From a phage: a stretch of 44,016 nucleotides of DNA. The translations under genes and the position numbers were made by a program. The DNA lies in sequence record PZ379180.1, one strand, 5' to 3'. Below the pieces are notes generated by a model. It worked only from the letters and a program-made list of their open reading frames with translations, was not told where the DNA came from and did no database searches. Positions 36,308 to 43,933 of this stretch are shown in pieces (the first letter of the stretch is position 1; each line of letters begins with the position of its first letter).

Positions 36308-36371
36308 TGGGCTTTTCTAAAATAATTAATATGGTACTATTCACACATCAACTGACTAAGGAGTAATTGAC

Positions 36372-36587
36372 ATGCAACCATCCGAACTAGGCATCCGTGT
36401 AGAGCAACGCCGTAAAGAACTCGGCATCTCCCAGCGCCGTCTGGCGGTCCTGACCGGCGTTTCCCAGGGCGCAATTAACCAGCTGGCTCTCGGTGTAACT
36501 CAGGACGTCCGCCCGGCAACGTTGTTTAAACTGGCGGAAGTGCTGGAAGTAGACGCTAAGTGGCTGGCGTTCGGTGAAGGGGCTTGA
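36372..36587 (+). CDS. XRE-family HTH regulator (Cro/CI-like)
   Basis: LGISQRRLAVLTGVSQGAINQL helix-turn-helix; AAGGAG RBS; divergent from leftward operon. Confidence 0.75.
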   Translation: MQPSELGIRVEQRRKELGISQRRLAVLTGVSQGAINQLALGVTQDVRPATLFKLAEVLEVDAKWLAFGEGA

Positions 36588-36603
36588 CGCCCCTTTCTTT
36601 TTA
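36577..36603 (+). terminator. intrinsic terminator
   Basis: AAGGGGC-ttgac-GCCCCTT hairpin followed by TCTTTTTA. Confidence 0.55.
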
Positions 36604-36798
36604 TTGCACCTTTATCGGGTATCTTTTGCGAAACTTACCTAACCCGCAGTACACGCTGTAAGCCTCTGTGTAACTGAACACAACATGATACCCGCGCCCA
36701 TAAGGAACTACGTTAAGAACTTCTACTACTTCGCCTCTGTGGTTGGTGTATTTATTACCTTTCAGTTCGTCGCTTACTTCTTTAAATTTACCGCTCAT
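36601..36798 (-). CDS. hypothetical protein
   Basis: 65 aa ORF coupled to primase gene (overlapping stop-start). Confidence 0.4.
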   Translation of the reverse strand: MSGKFKEVSDELKGNKYTNHRGEVVEVLNVVPYGRGYHVVFSYTEAYSVYCGLGKFRKRYPIKVQ

Positions 36799-39062
36799 TC
36801 CAAATCCTCCTCTGTCACTGTCAACATTTCATTCGGTTCGTATATTGTCTTTGGAATCTTGTTATCAGTTATTCTGGTGTTCAGCCTGTAACGACCTGGG
36901 ATTATCTGATTGTTTTCGTCAGTACCCGGAACAAGATACCCGGCCTCAACCATTTTCTTAATCTTCCCGCGTTCTATGGCTTCTTTGGAGTTAAACGCCT
37001 TTGCGTTTGGGTCTGACTGTGCGAGCTTATTCGCCGCGGCGACTGTGATGCCTTCGTTGCCGTTGTAGGTTCCTTCCGCCAGTTCAAACGCCGCGAGTAT
37101 CGTGGCCTCCGAACTGTTGACGGCGTTCTCTACGGTTTTACGTACATTTTCTTTACCTTCTTTCGTCAACCCTTCTTCCCGCTCTTTCTCCTCGTCAGTT
37201 TTGAACGGCTCGAAACCCCACGGCATCAACACAAGCGCCTTGTGTGGTTCAGGCAGGTCCAGGTTTACGATTGTGCCGTATTCCTCTGTGCTACCCAGGA
37301 ACTCAACCGCTCGGTATTCTTTAGGTGGCGGCGCTTCACGGAACTGTACCGACTCCAGCACCATGCCAACCGTCTTCTGCTGAGGCCCGTGCTTGAATTT
37401 CGAGTGATATACGTTTATCTGACGGTCGGTTGCACGTTCGATTGTCAGTTCCACATCAACACCCGCATACAGCGCCCCACTGCCGCGTGCTTTCTTTCCA
37501 CCCTTCGGCGTATGGTGGACAACGCCTACTGCGGCTTTAGTTGCATCGCGTACTTCTTTCAGAATGGCGATAACTTTACCCATGCCGATTGCTGTTGATG
37601 AACTGTTCTCGTCGAACTTATCAATCGTCAGTGCCAGGGTCTGGTTAAGGGTGTCGAACGCAACCATGCCAATTGGCTCGTCGCCAGCAGTTTCGCGCAT
37701 TAACTTAATCAGGCTTTTAAGTTTGCCGACTTCGCCCATATCGATGACATGTACATAATCTTTACCTTCCTCGCCGTATTTAGCCGCGAGCGCATCAATA
37801 CGTGTACGTGTGGCTGCCCCACCCTCGCCGTCGATATAGAAATGGTGACAACGCTGGGTGTCAGCCCCTGCAAACCGGTATCCGGCGGCGCTCAGGTACA
37901 TCATCCCCAGCGTATAGAATGATTTGTACGTGCCCGATTCTCCGACGATACCCCAGATACAATCCGACGGCATGTACCCCTCAACGACGAAATCAGCCTT
38001 TACCGGCTCCGGTAACTCGTCCTCCTCTGAGTCCTCGTCGTCTTCCAGGTCGTCGAGGCTGCATGAGACAGATTCACGCGCCCCCCAACCGATGGCCTCT
38101 GCGACTTCACTGAACGGCAGCCCGGTCGCATCGCACGCGTACTTCCACACCTCTTTCGGTGACAGGCCTTCTGTCGCCGTAATGTCTGTGTCGTGAATCA
38201 TGGTTACGTTTGGCGCTTCATACCCCTCGCGCGGGAAGCACAGCAGGAAGTCGTCCGGGCGCGGTGTCGGGTCGCTGTAGTTTTCGGCATGTTCCGGTGT
38301 GGCTGGCATCTTAAGGCCGCGCGGCGTCATGACGCCGCCGTACTCAAACGCCAGTGCTTCAAACGCGTCTGTAAACGCGGTGCGCAGTTCTTCCGGTATC
38401 TGGTAATCCGATGCGCTGCTAACGTCAACGGCTGGGATGCCTTCCAGTAACTCGTTCGGGTCGATCAGGTCGTTGCGGCGCGACCAGATAACGGTAGCGC
38501 CGACCGGCGGCAGGTACATCGGCTGCGACAGAGTGAACCCGCTGCGGTCCGCACCCATGCCTTTGAAGAAGTGCTCCAGCAACCCATGACGAACACGGAT
38601 GATATCACCACCCTCAACTGGGCGGGCCAGCGGCATGACGACGCGAAAGCGAGGCGACTCATCGGTATGTGATGCCGTGGTGTAGAGACACATCGCCCGG
38701 CGGCTGCGATTAACCAGGCGCACCGCTTCCTGGTACTCTTCCGGTGTTGCACTGTCGAAGTCCAGATACGCCAGCGACGATTTGCTCACAGACGCATCGC
38801 AGCGATAAAAGAAACCTTTACGCGCCTGCTTAAAGTCTCCAGTTTCCGGGTCTTTTACGGTGCTGTGCGTAGAGTCGCACGCGGCTGTGATGTAGCCAGG
38901 GGCTGTCTTCGGGTTAATCCCGTCACGAATGGCATCGAGCGGCTGAATTAACTCTTTCAGGTCGTCCAGTGTTGCCGTGTGTGTGGTTCTGACGTTTATA
39001 TCCTTTTTCTCTGCCCGCGCGTTGCGACGTGACCACGAGTAGGATAAAATTACATCGGACAT
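36795..39062 (-). CDS. DNA primase-polymerase / helicase (PrimPol-like N-domain plus RecA-like ATPase)
   Basis: LDFDS catalytic-like motif in N-domain, Walker A GESGTYKS, Walker B-like VAFDTL; 755 aa; C-terminus TEEDLE. Confidence 0.7.
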   Translation of the reverse strand: MSDVILSYSWSRRNARAEKKDINVRTTHTATLDDLKELIQPLDAIRDGINPKTAPGYITAACDSTHSTVKDPETGDFKQARKGFFYRCDASVSKSSLAYLDFDSATPEEYQEAVRLVNRSRRAMCLYTTASHTDESPRFRVVMPLARPVEGGDIIRVRHGLLEHFFKGMGADRSGFTLSQPMYLPPVGATVIWSRRNDLIDPNELLEGIPAVDVSSASDYQIPEELRTAFTDAFEALAFEYGGVMTPRGLKMPATPEHAENYSDPTPRPDDFLLCFPREGYEAPNVTMIHDTDITATEGLSPKEVWKYACDATGLPFSEVAEAIGWGARESVSCSLDDLEDDEDSEEDELPEPVKADFVVEGYMPSDCIWGIVGESGTYKSFYTLGMMYLSAAGYRFAGADTQRCHHFYIDGEGGAATRTRIDALAAKYGEEGKDYVHVIDMGEVGKLKSLIKLMRETAGDEPIGMVAFDTLNQTLALTIDKFDENSSSTAIGMGKVIAILKEVRDATKAAVGVVHHTPKGGKKARGSGALYAGVDVELTIERATDRQINVYHSKFKHGPQQKTVGMVLESVQFREAPPPKEYRAVEFLGSTEEYGTIVNLDLPEPHKALVLMPWGFEPFKTDEEKEREEGLTKEGKENVRKTVENAVNSSEATILAAFELAEGTYNGNEGITVAAANKLAQSDPNAKAFNSKEAIERGKIKKMVEAGYLVPGTDENNQIIPGRYRLNTRITDNKIPKTIYEPNEMLTVTEEDLE

Positions 39063-39119
39063 GTTGTATTTCCTTCAGCAAGTAATTTGGCCTCGGCGCT
39101 CTAACGTCGGGGCTTTCTT

Positions 39120-39353
39120 TTATTCCAGGTCTTCTAAAGTAGCGGTAATCCCGCGAACTTCAGCAAAGGCACTATATTTCCCGCCAACATTTTTCACGAC
39201 GCCAGATTTAACCAGCACTTTTAACGACCCTTCAATAATGACGGAACTATAGTACTTAAAATAACTACGGCGCAAGTCGATAACACTGCATGACCCTTTT
39301 TTACGTGTTAACGAAACGACCGCCGTAAATACGCGTGACTGGAACTCTGTCAT
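39120..39353 (-). CDS. hypothetical protein
   Basis: 77 aa ORF, C-terminus LEDLE. Confidence 0.4.
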   Translation of the reverse strand: MTEFQSRVFTAVVSLTRKKGSCSVIDLRRSYFKYYSSVIIEGSLKVLVKSGVVKNVGGKYSAFAEVRGITATLEDLE

Positions 39354-39553
39354 TTCACATTCTCCTTAATCCACGCTTCCACTTTCTCTGGGTCAAACGT
39401 ACCTGGCTGACGACGGCCCATAATGCGAATACAGCAATCAGGGAACTTCCCACTCTTTAGCCAGTTATTCAGCGTTCGACGAGTAACCCCAATACGCTCA
39501 GCTACCTCATTCTGCGTCATTCTCAAACCCTCATTATCAGTTAACGGAATCAA
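39350..39553 (-). CDS. HTH DNA-binding regulator (AlpA/Xis-like, putative)
   Basis: MTQNEVAERIGVTRRTLNNWLK helix-turn-helix; first gene of leftward operon. Confidence 0.55.
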   Translation of the reverse strand: MIPLTDNEGLRMTQNEVAERIGVTRRTLNNWLKSGKFPDCCIRIMGRRQPGTFDPEKVEAWIKENVK

Positions 39554-39769
39554 GTATACATTGCGAATAATGGGAAATCAAACATAATCGCACCTATTGA
39601 CATTATGAAAATATTCGTTTAAGGTGCTTCTATATCTTAGTTACTTTGATTCCTGTTCACCTTGTAATACCCGCTTGAAACGCAGCTGCGCCAAAGCGCA
39701 AGCGAAGTGTTAAGCGGCAGATTATTGAACATATGAATTATCGTAACTTTCCTTCCTTAGTATCTTAGG

Positions 39770-39782
39770 TTGCCGTGGGCAA
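39770..39782. repeat. 13-bp palindromic site TTGCCGTGGGCAA (copy 1)
   Basis: Inverted half-sites TTGCC/GGCAA; identical copy 71 bp downstream. Confidence 0.5.
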
Positions 39783-39840
39783 GCTCCATTCTCATCGGCA
39801 GCATATCTCTTAAATACCTGATAATTAAAAGTTTCTATAG

Positions 39841-39853
39841 TTGCCGTGGGCAA
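39841..39853. repeat. 13-bp palindromic site TTGCCGTGGGCAA (copy 2)
   Basis: Identical to copy 1, both preceded by TAG and followed by G; half-site TTGCCGTGG again at 40441-40449. Confidence 0.5.
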
Positions 39854-39877
39854 GGTAGAGAGTACTTCACTCCGCTG

Positions 39878-39897
39878 GGGTGGGCTAACGCCCACCC
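39878..39897. other. GC-rich hairpin
   Basis: GGGTGGGC-taac-GCCCACCC, no adjacent T-run. Confidence 0.35.
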
Positions 39898-39972
39898 ACT
39901 GCGTTGCGTACTCTTTTAAGAAACGAAAGAATCACAACGGCAACGTAACTATTCTCTTGCACACCCCAACAT

Positions 39973-39986
39973 AATAGGATACTATT
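39973..39986. promoter_or_regulatory. palindromic operator-like site AATAG-N4-CTATT
   Basis: Minus strand reads GAATAGtatcCTATTATGTTGGGG, near-identical to copy at 7491. Confidence 0.45.
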
Positions 39987-40020
39987 CACTTATCGAAACG
40001 AGACAGAGGAGTGAGGGTTA

Positions 40021-40196
40021 TGTTTAAGAAGGGTCAGTTGGTTAAAACTAAACGCGGAGGGCAATATGTATTAGTGTTGCAGGACGAGGATAATCTGGTT
40101 GACGTATGGGGTCTGGTAAGAAAGAAAACTGGGTTCGCCTCACGCGATAATTTAGAACTCATCGGCAACAATTTTAAATTCAAAGGGGCGAAGTGA
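40021..40196 (+). CDS. hypothetical protein
   Basis: ATG 40021 with GAGGAGTGAGGG RBS (track ORF starts 40011). Confidence 0.4.
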
Positions 40197-40413
40197 TGGA
40201 AGAATTAATTTGTATTGAATCCCGCCAGGATGTGCAGGATTGGTTTGTGAAAGGTAACAAATATTCGTCAGGAGTATATTACGACGGTACCGTCGATACG
40301 TTTTAGATGAAGACGGTGATGAATGGGATTTAGAGGACACTGCGGGCGAGACTTTAACCGTTAGTTTTCTTCAATGTTGTTTCCGCATCATTCACAACGG
40401 CATCGAATCATGA
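40196..40413 (+). pseudogene. hypothetical small gene with apparent frame break at T-run 40301-40304
   Basis: ATG 40196 frame stops at 40304-40306; -1 frame continues to TGA 40411-40413. Confidence 0.3.
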
Positions 40414-40495
40414 GGCTCGTGCCGACGACTCTGAGGGAGGTTGCCGTGGATAATATTTTAATTGTCAGCGCTGTTTATGTGGGGTGGAGGTTGAT

Positions 40496-40690
40496 ATGAG
40501 TCCATATAATGAATTCCGCTTACGCCGTCTTGTTGGTGGGCTGCGCGCCGCCGAGTTTGGCGTTGAATGTTGGGAAAAGGCGAAGTACACCCCATGGAAG
40601 TCGTGGAATTTGGCCCACGCTAAGGCGGTAGCGCAGTACCAGGAGTACAAGTTAAATAGTTTCCTAAAGCACCACGGGGTAGAGCTATGA
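40496..40690 (+). CDS. hypothetical protein
   Basis: ATG 40496 with GGAGG RBS. Confidence 0.4.
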   Translation: MSPYNEFRLRRLVGGLRAAEFGVECWEKAKYTPWKSWNLAHAKAVAQYQEYKLNSFLKHHGVEL

Positions 40691-40848
40691 GAGAAGCATT
40701 CGAACGGTGGGCCGTCGTCGAGGGTCTGCCGGTTAACAAGGGTTCAAAGAAAGAGTACCTGAACGTTAAGACGCGTCTCGCGTGGCGGGCGTGGAAAGCT
40801 GGTGCGAATGTAATGGCTGGCGCATTTGAGAAGAGAGGCGATTTATGA
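40687..40848 (+). CDS. hypothetical protein (53 aa)
   Basis: ATGA overlap with upstream gene; below track cutoff. Confidence 0.3.
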   Translation: MREAFERWAVVEGLPVNKGSKKEYLNVKTRLAWRAWKAGANVMAGAFEKRGDL

Positions 40849-41033
40849 GCAAGTGGATTAAGTGTAGTGAGCGGATGCCGGAGCCTTATGAATACGTTCT
40901 TGTAACTGATTGTTTTGTTGGCTGTGAGGTTATGCGTGTTAATTCAGATGGCTACTGGGGGCCTGCAAAGAGTTTATATCACGGTGATATAACGCACTGG
41001 ATGCCGTTACCTGAGCCGCCGGCGCCGGTGTAA
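40845..41033 (+). CDS. DUF551-like small protein
   Basis: C-terminal HWMPLPEPP motif recalled as typical of DUF551. Confidence 0.4.
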   Translation: MSKWIKCSERMPEPYEYVLVTDCFVGCEVMRVNSDGYWGPAKSLYHGDITHWMPLPEPPAPV

Positions 41034-41158
41034 CAGGTCAATAGTTTACTATTTGGCTTTGTGACTTACGCTGCTACACAGCAGCGTATCATTTTTCTCA
41101 TTTTTGTTCTATTTCACCAAACGCAACAATCGAAGCGACTATTGCAGGAGACGCAACA

Positions 41159-41386
41159 ATGAAAACGTTCACAGAGAAACTTATGGGGTTCGTTGCAAAG
41201 CGAGATGCTGCAGCCCGAAGTTACCGTAAATGCGCCAACTGCGGCAGCGAGCAGGTACAGTTAATCTCGTACTTAGGCGACCAGGTTGTGCACAAATGTA
41301 GAAAGTGCCGCCACGACTTTGAATACATATACCCTGAAAGCGGGGTGCACCGTCATTGTATTAAATGTGGATGGATAACCGAATGA
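41159..41386 (+). CDS. zinc-ribbon protein
   Basis: CANCGS...CRKCRH...CIKCG cysteine pairs; GCAGGAGA RBS. Confidence 0.45.
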   Translation: MKTFTEKLMGFVAKRDAAARSYRKCANCGSEQVQLISYLGDQVVHKCRKCRHDFEYIYPESGVHRHCIKCGWITE

Positions 41387-41586
41387 CCAGCATCTTATTT
41401 ATCTGGGTACTGTCCGCAGGCCAGATGCACCTGGCGGCATCAGAAACGTTTTACTCGATGGAGGCGTGCCAGTCAGCGGCACGCGCCGCTGAGAACGCGC
41501 ACTTTCTGTTTCAGGGTGACAAGCCCAACGATTCAGAGGTACGCGCTATCTGCTCACCTAAGAGACTTGGTAAACAGGAGAAATAA
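41383..41586 (+). CDS. small secreted/membrane protein (putative)
   Basis: ATG 41383 overlapping upstream stop; N-terminal hydrophobic signal-like segment. Confidence 0.35.
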   Translation: MTSILFIWVLSAGQMHLAASETFYSMEACQSAARAAENAHFLFQGDKPNDSEVRAICSPKRLGKQEK

Positions 41587-41587
41587 C

Positions 41588-41791
41588 ATGGTACAGAGAT
41601 ATTCTAAGTATGGGTCCGACAACCATTTCATTGACCGCCACGGGAAGTGGGTTAAGTTTGAGGACTACCAGAATCTTGACCTAAAGCTGTTGGAAGTTGA
41701 AGCCGAGTTACAGAAATACAAGGACCAGTTCCCGGATTACGTCGAGTGCGCGAACTGTGGGTCAGTTACACATGTGGGAGGGGTGGAGTGA
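41588..41791 (+). CDS. hypothetical protein (paralog A)
   Basis: ATG 41588 with GGAGA RBS; MVQRY...GKWVKFEDY similar to next gene. Confidence 0.45.
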   Translation: MVQRYSKYGSDNHFIDRHGKWVKFEDYQNLDLKLLEVEAELQKYKDQFPDYVECANCGSVTHVGGVE

Positions 41792-41970
41792 TGGTGCATA
41801 GATACGAAAACGACCACGGCGATATGTTTCAGGCCGCGGGAGGGCGCTGGGTCCTATACGAAGACTACGCGGAGCTGGCGCGTAAACTGCGCGAGCTTGC
41901 TAAGCAGGTAGTAAACAGTCCGTGCGACTGGAAGACGGATGAATTAGCGCGCGAGATTCTGGACCTATGA
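41791..41970 (+). CDS. hypothetical protein (paralog B)
   Basis: ATG 41791 overlapping upstream stop; MVHRY...GRWVLYEDY. Confidence 0.45.
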   Translation: MVHRYENDHGDMFQAAGGRWVLYEDYAELARKLRELAKQVVNSPCDWKTDELAREILDL

Positions 41971-42260
41971 GCCTTGCAACTGACATCCTGAAACGGAGCG
42001 GCCTTGCGCCGCTGTCGCCGAGAGCGAACACACGAATATACAAGCGCCGCCGTAATGCGCTGTACCCTGAGATTCAGGCCAGACGCAAAGCAGTCCGCGC
42101 CTGCGGATTCAAGAACGGGAAGGCTGTGAATCTCGGTGAGTTTAAAACAAAGGAACGTGCGGCTATCGCTAATCGGTTATTTAATTACTGGAAATCGCTG
42201 GGTTATGAAGATATTCCGACGAAACCACAGAGACGACAATACATCTGGCGTCATAAATAA
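41967..42260 (+). CDS. AP2-like DNA-binding domain protein (putative)
   Basis: GKAVNLGEFKTKERAAIA segment resembles AP2 domain. Confidence 0.35.
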   Translation: MSLATDILKRSGLAPLSPRANTRIYKRRRNALYPEIQARRKAVRACGFKNGKAVNLGEFKTKERAAIANRLFNYWKSLGYEDIPTKPQRRQYIWRHK

Positions 42261-42335
42261 ACCGTTATTGAGATAATTCCTAACCGTGCTATCCTCCAGT
42301 TACTGCATACTTAATACGCACCTGGAGGATTCATC

Positions 42336-42644
42336 TTGGATAAATTTACTGAAACAGTGACAGGCTGGCTTCTCGCTGCCGCGCTAGCCGGAGGGGTAAT
42401 CGGACTACGACAACATAAGTCCGTTATTTCTGGCCCCATCGACGGCTTCTGCTTTATTGCAACTGGCTTCACTTGCGCCGTATTCGGCGCACCTCTCGCG
42501 GCTCAATGGTTCGGTATTACCGGAGAGCGCGAGATAGCTGGCCTCGGATTCATCATCGCAATTCTCTGGATGCCCATCTATTCCCGTCTCTCCGGTATCG
42601 TCGCCGGAGAATACATCGCACGTCGAGGAGGCACAGATGAATGA
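42336..42644 (+). CDS. holin (putative, three TM segments)
   Basis: 102 aa, three hydrophobic helices, charged C-terminus; TTG start with GGAGGA RBS; upstream of endolysin. Confidence 0.55.
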   Translation: MDKFTETVTGWLLAAALAGGVIGLRQHKSVISGPIDGFCFIATGFTCAVFGAPLAAQWFGITGEREIAGLGFIIAILWMPIYSRLSGIVAGEYIARRGGTDE

Positions 42645-42909
42645 ATTATTCTGGTTCGGCGGTATGCTGGCAATCGGAGGCACATCGCTGTTTAATGTAT
42701 ATCACCCCAGCGTGGATGACGGATTATTTGGTAGTGTGCTTTATATCCTGACCGCTATTGTCTGCGCCGCAGGATGTATCCACCTGTTACAGGGCAGCAT
42801 GTCACCGACGCTGCCTGAGACATTAATCACATTAGTTGCGCTGCGTCAGATTCGTCAGGCGTGGCTGTCGTACGGAGGACATAAGCGTGTCTCGAAATAT
42901 TTCAGATAA
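42637..42909 (+). CDS. membrane protein (second holin/antiholin-like)
   Basis: 90 aa, two TM helices, GAGGAGG RBS, between holin and endolysin. Confidence 0.4.
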   Translation: MNELFWFGGMLAIGGTSLFNVYHPSVDDGLFGSVLYILTAIVCAAGCIHLLQGSMSPTLPETLITLVALRQIRQAWLSYGGHKRVSKYFR

Positions 42910-43375
42910 TGGGTTGCATTTCACTGCCGCGTTCGAGGGGTTCCGTGGCACTGCGTATCGCGCTACACCGAACGAGAAGTACCTTACGATTGGGTATGGT
43001 CACTACGGGCCGGACGTTAAGGCGGGGCAGACCATCACACCAGGACAAGGACTCCTGTTACTGAATCGTGATATGGCTAAGGCTGTAGCCGCAGTTGATG
43101 CGGCAGCACACCATTCGCTTACACAGGCACAGTTCGACGCAGTGTGCGACCTGGTGTATAACGCTGGTGCCGGTGTGATTGCGGCTACTACTGGCACAGG
43201 TAAGGCACTGCGTTCTGGTGACGTCACGACTCTGCGGGCTAAGCTGGCGCTGTTCATCAACCAGAACGGCAAACCGATACTTGGACTGCGTCGTCGTACC
43301 TCCGGTCGTCTGGCGCTGTTCGACGGTAAACCGTGGCAGGAGGCTGAGGCTATCGGGCGCGCGGTGAAAGGTTGA
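42887..43375 (+). CDS. endolysin (GH24 lysozyme-like)
   Basis: FTAAFEGFRGTAYRATPNEKYLTIGYGH catalytic region typical of T4/lambda-type lysozymes; GTG 42887 with GGAGGA RBS (track ORF starts 42836). Confidence 0.8.
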   Translation: MSRNISDNGLHFTAAFEGFRGTAYRATPNEKYLTIGYGHYGPDVKAGQTITPGQGLLLLNRDMAKAVAAVDAAAHHSLTQAQFDAVCDLVYNAGAGVIAATTGTGKALRSGDVTTLRAKLALFINQNGKPILGLRRRTSGRLALFDGKPWQEAEAIGRAVKG

Positions 43376-43439
43376 CACATAAGACTAATCCGACGATACT
43401 TAAACCACCTCCTGTTCCATCCCTCTGCTCTCCAGTTTT

Positions 43440-43471
43440 ATCCCAGCCCTGACCCAGCCGGGATTTTTTTA
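43440..43471 (+). terminator. possible intrinsic terminator
   Basis: Short hairpin ATCCC...GGGAT followed by TTTTTTT. Confidence 0.4.
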
Positions 43472-43492
43472 TCTATTTTCTGTAATGACTAG

Positions 43493-43521
43493 TTGACTAT
43501 TATCTACGGCCCTATTATATT
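43493..43521 (+). promoter_or_regulatory. sigma70-like promoter
   Basis: TTGACT-17-TATATT. Confidence 0.5.
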
Positions 43522-43554
43522 TACTTCATCGACAACGAGAACGGAGTAGAGAAG

Positions 43555-43632
43555 ATGAGTAACTTCCATAATGAACATGTGATGCAGTTCTATCGCAATA
43601 ATCTGAAAACTAAAGGGGTTTTTGGGAAATGA
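43555..43632 (+). CDS. hypothetical small protein (25 aa)
   Basis: ATG 43555 with GGAG RBS; first of four translationally coupled small ORFs. Confidence 0.3.
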   Translation: MSNFHNEHVMQFYRNNLKTKGVFGK

Positions 43633-43778
43633 AAATCACAGATATCGATGCATTCGAAGACGCGCAACTGATGGCACGCATCGCCGTTGGTAACCTTAGC
43701 GGTAATATCCCGGCAGACGCGTTCTGGGCCGCCGCGATGCAGGCACTGAAAGCAGCTTATGCAGGAGAGAAGAAATGA
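43629..43778 (+). CDS. hypothetical small protein (49 aa)
   Basis: ATGA overlap with upstream ORF. Confidence 0.3.
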   Translation: MKITDIDAFEDAQLMARIAVGNLSGNIPADAFWAAAMQALKAAYAGEKK

Positions 43779-43933
43779 GCGAACAAGGCCCAGTAAGCCA
43801 ACCACTACGGGTAGGCCGTAAAGTCAGCCACACCCCGTTCCCGACACGCGAGGAACTGATGAAACGTAACAGTTTCCCTGGGCCGGACAAGAACAAGTAT
43901 CTCAATCGCATGTGGGGAGAGCGTAAAGTATGA
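43775..43933 (+). CDS. hypothetical small protein (52 aa)
   Basis: ATGA overlap with upstream ORF. Confidence 0.3.
   Translation: MSEQGPVSQPLRVGRKVSHTPFPTREELMKRNSFPGPDKNKYLNRMWGERKV

Noticed and set aside
39878-39897. GC hairpin as an intrinsic terminator
   Set aside because: No U-run follows on either strand; kept only as a structural element
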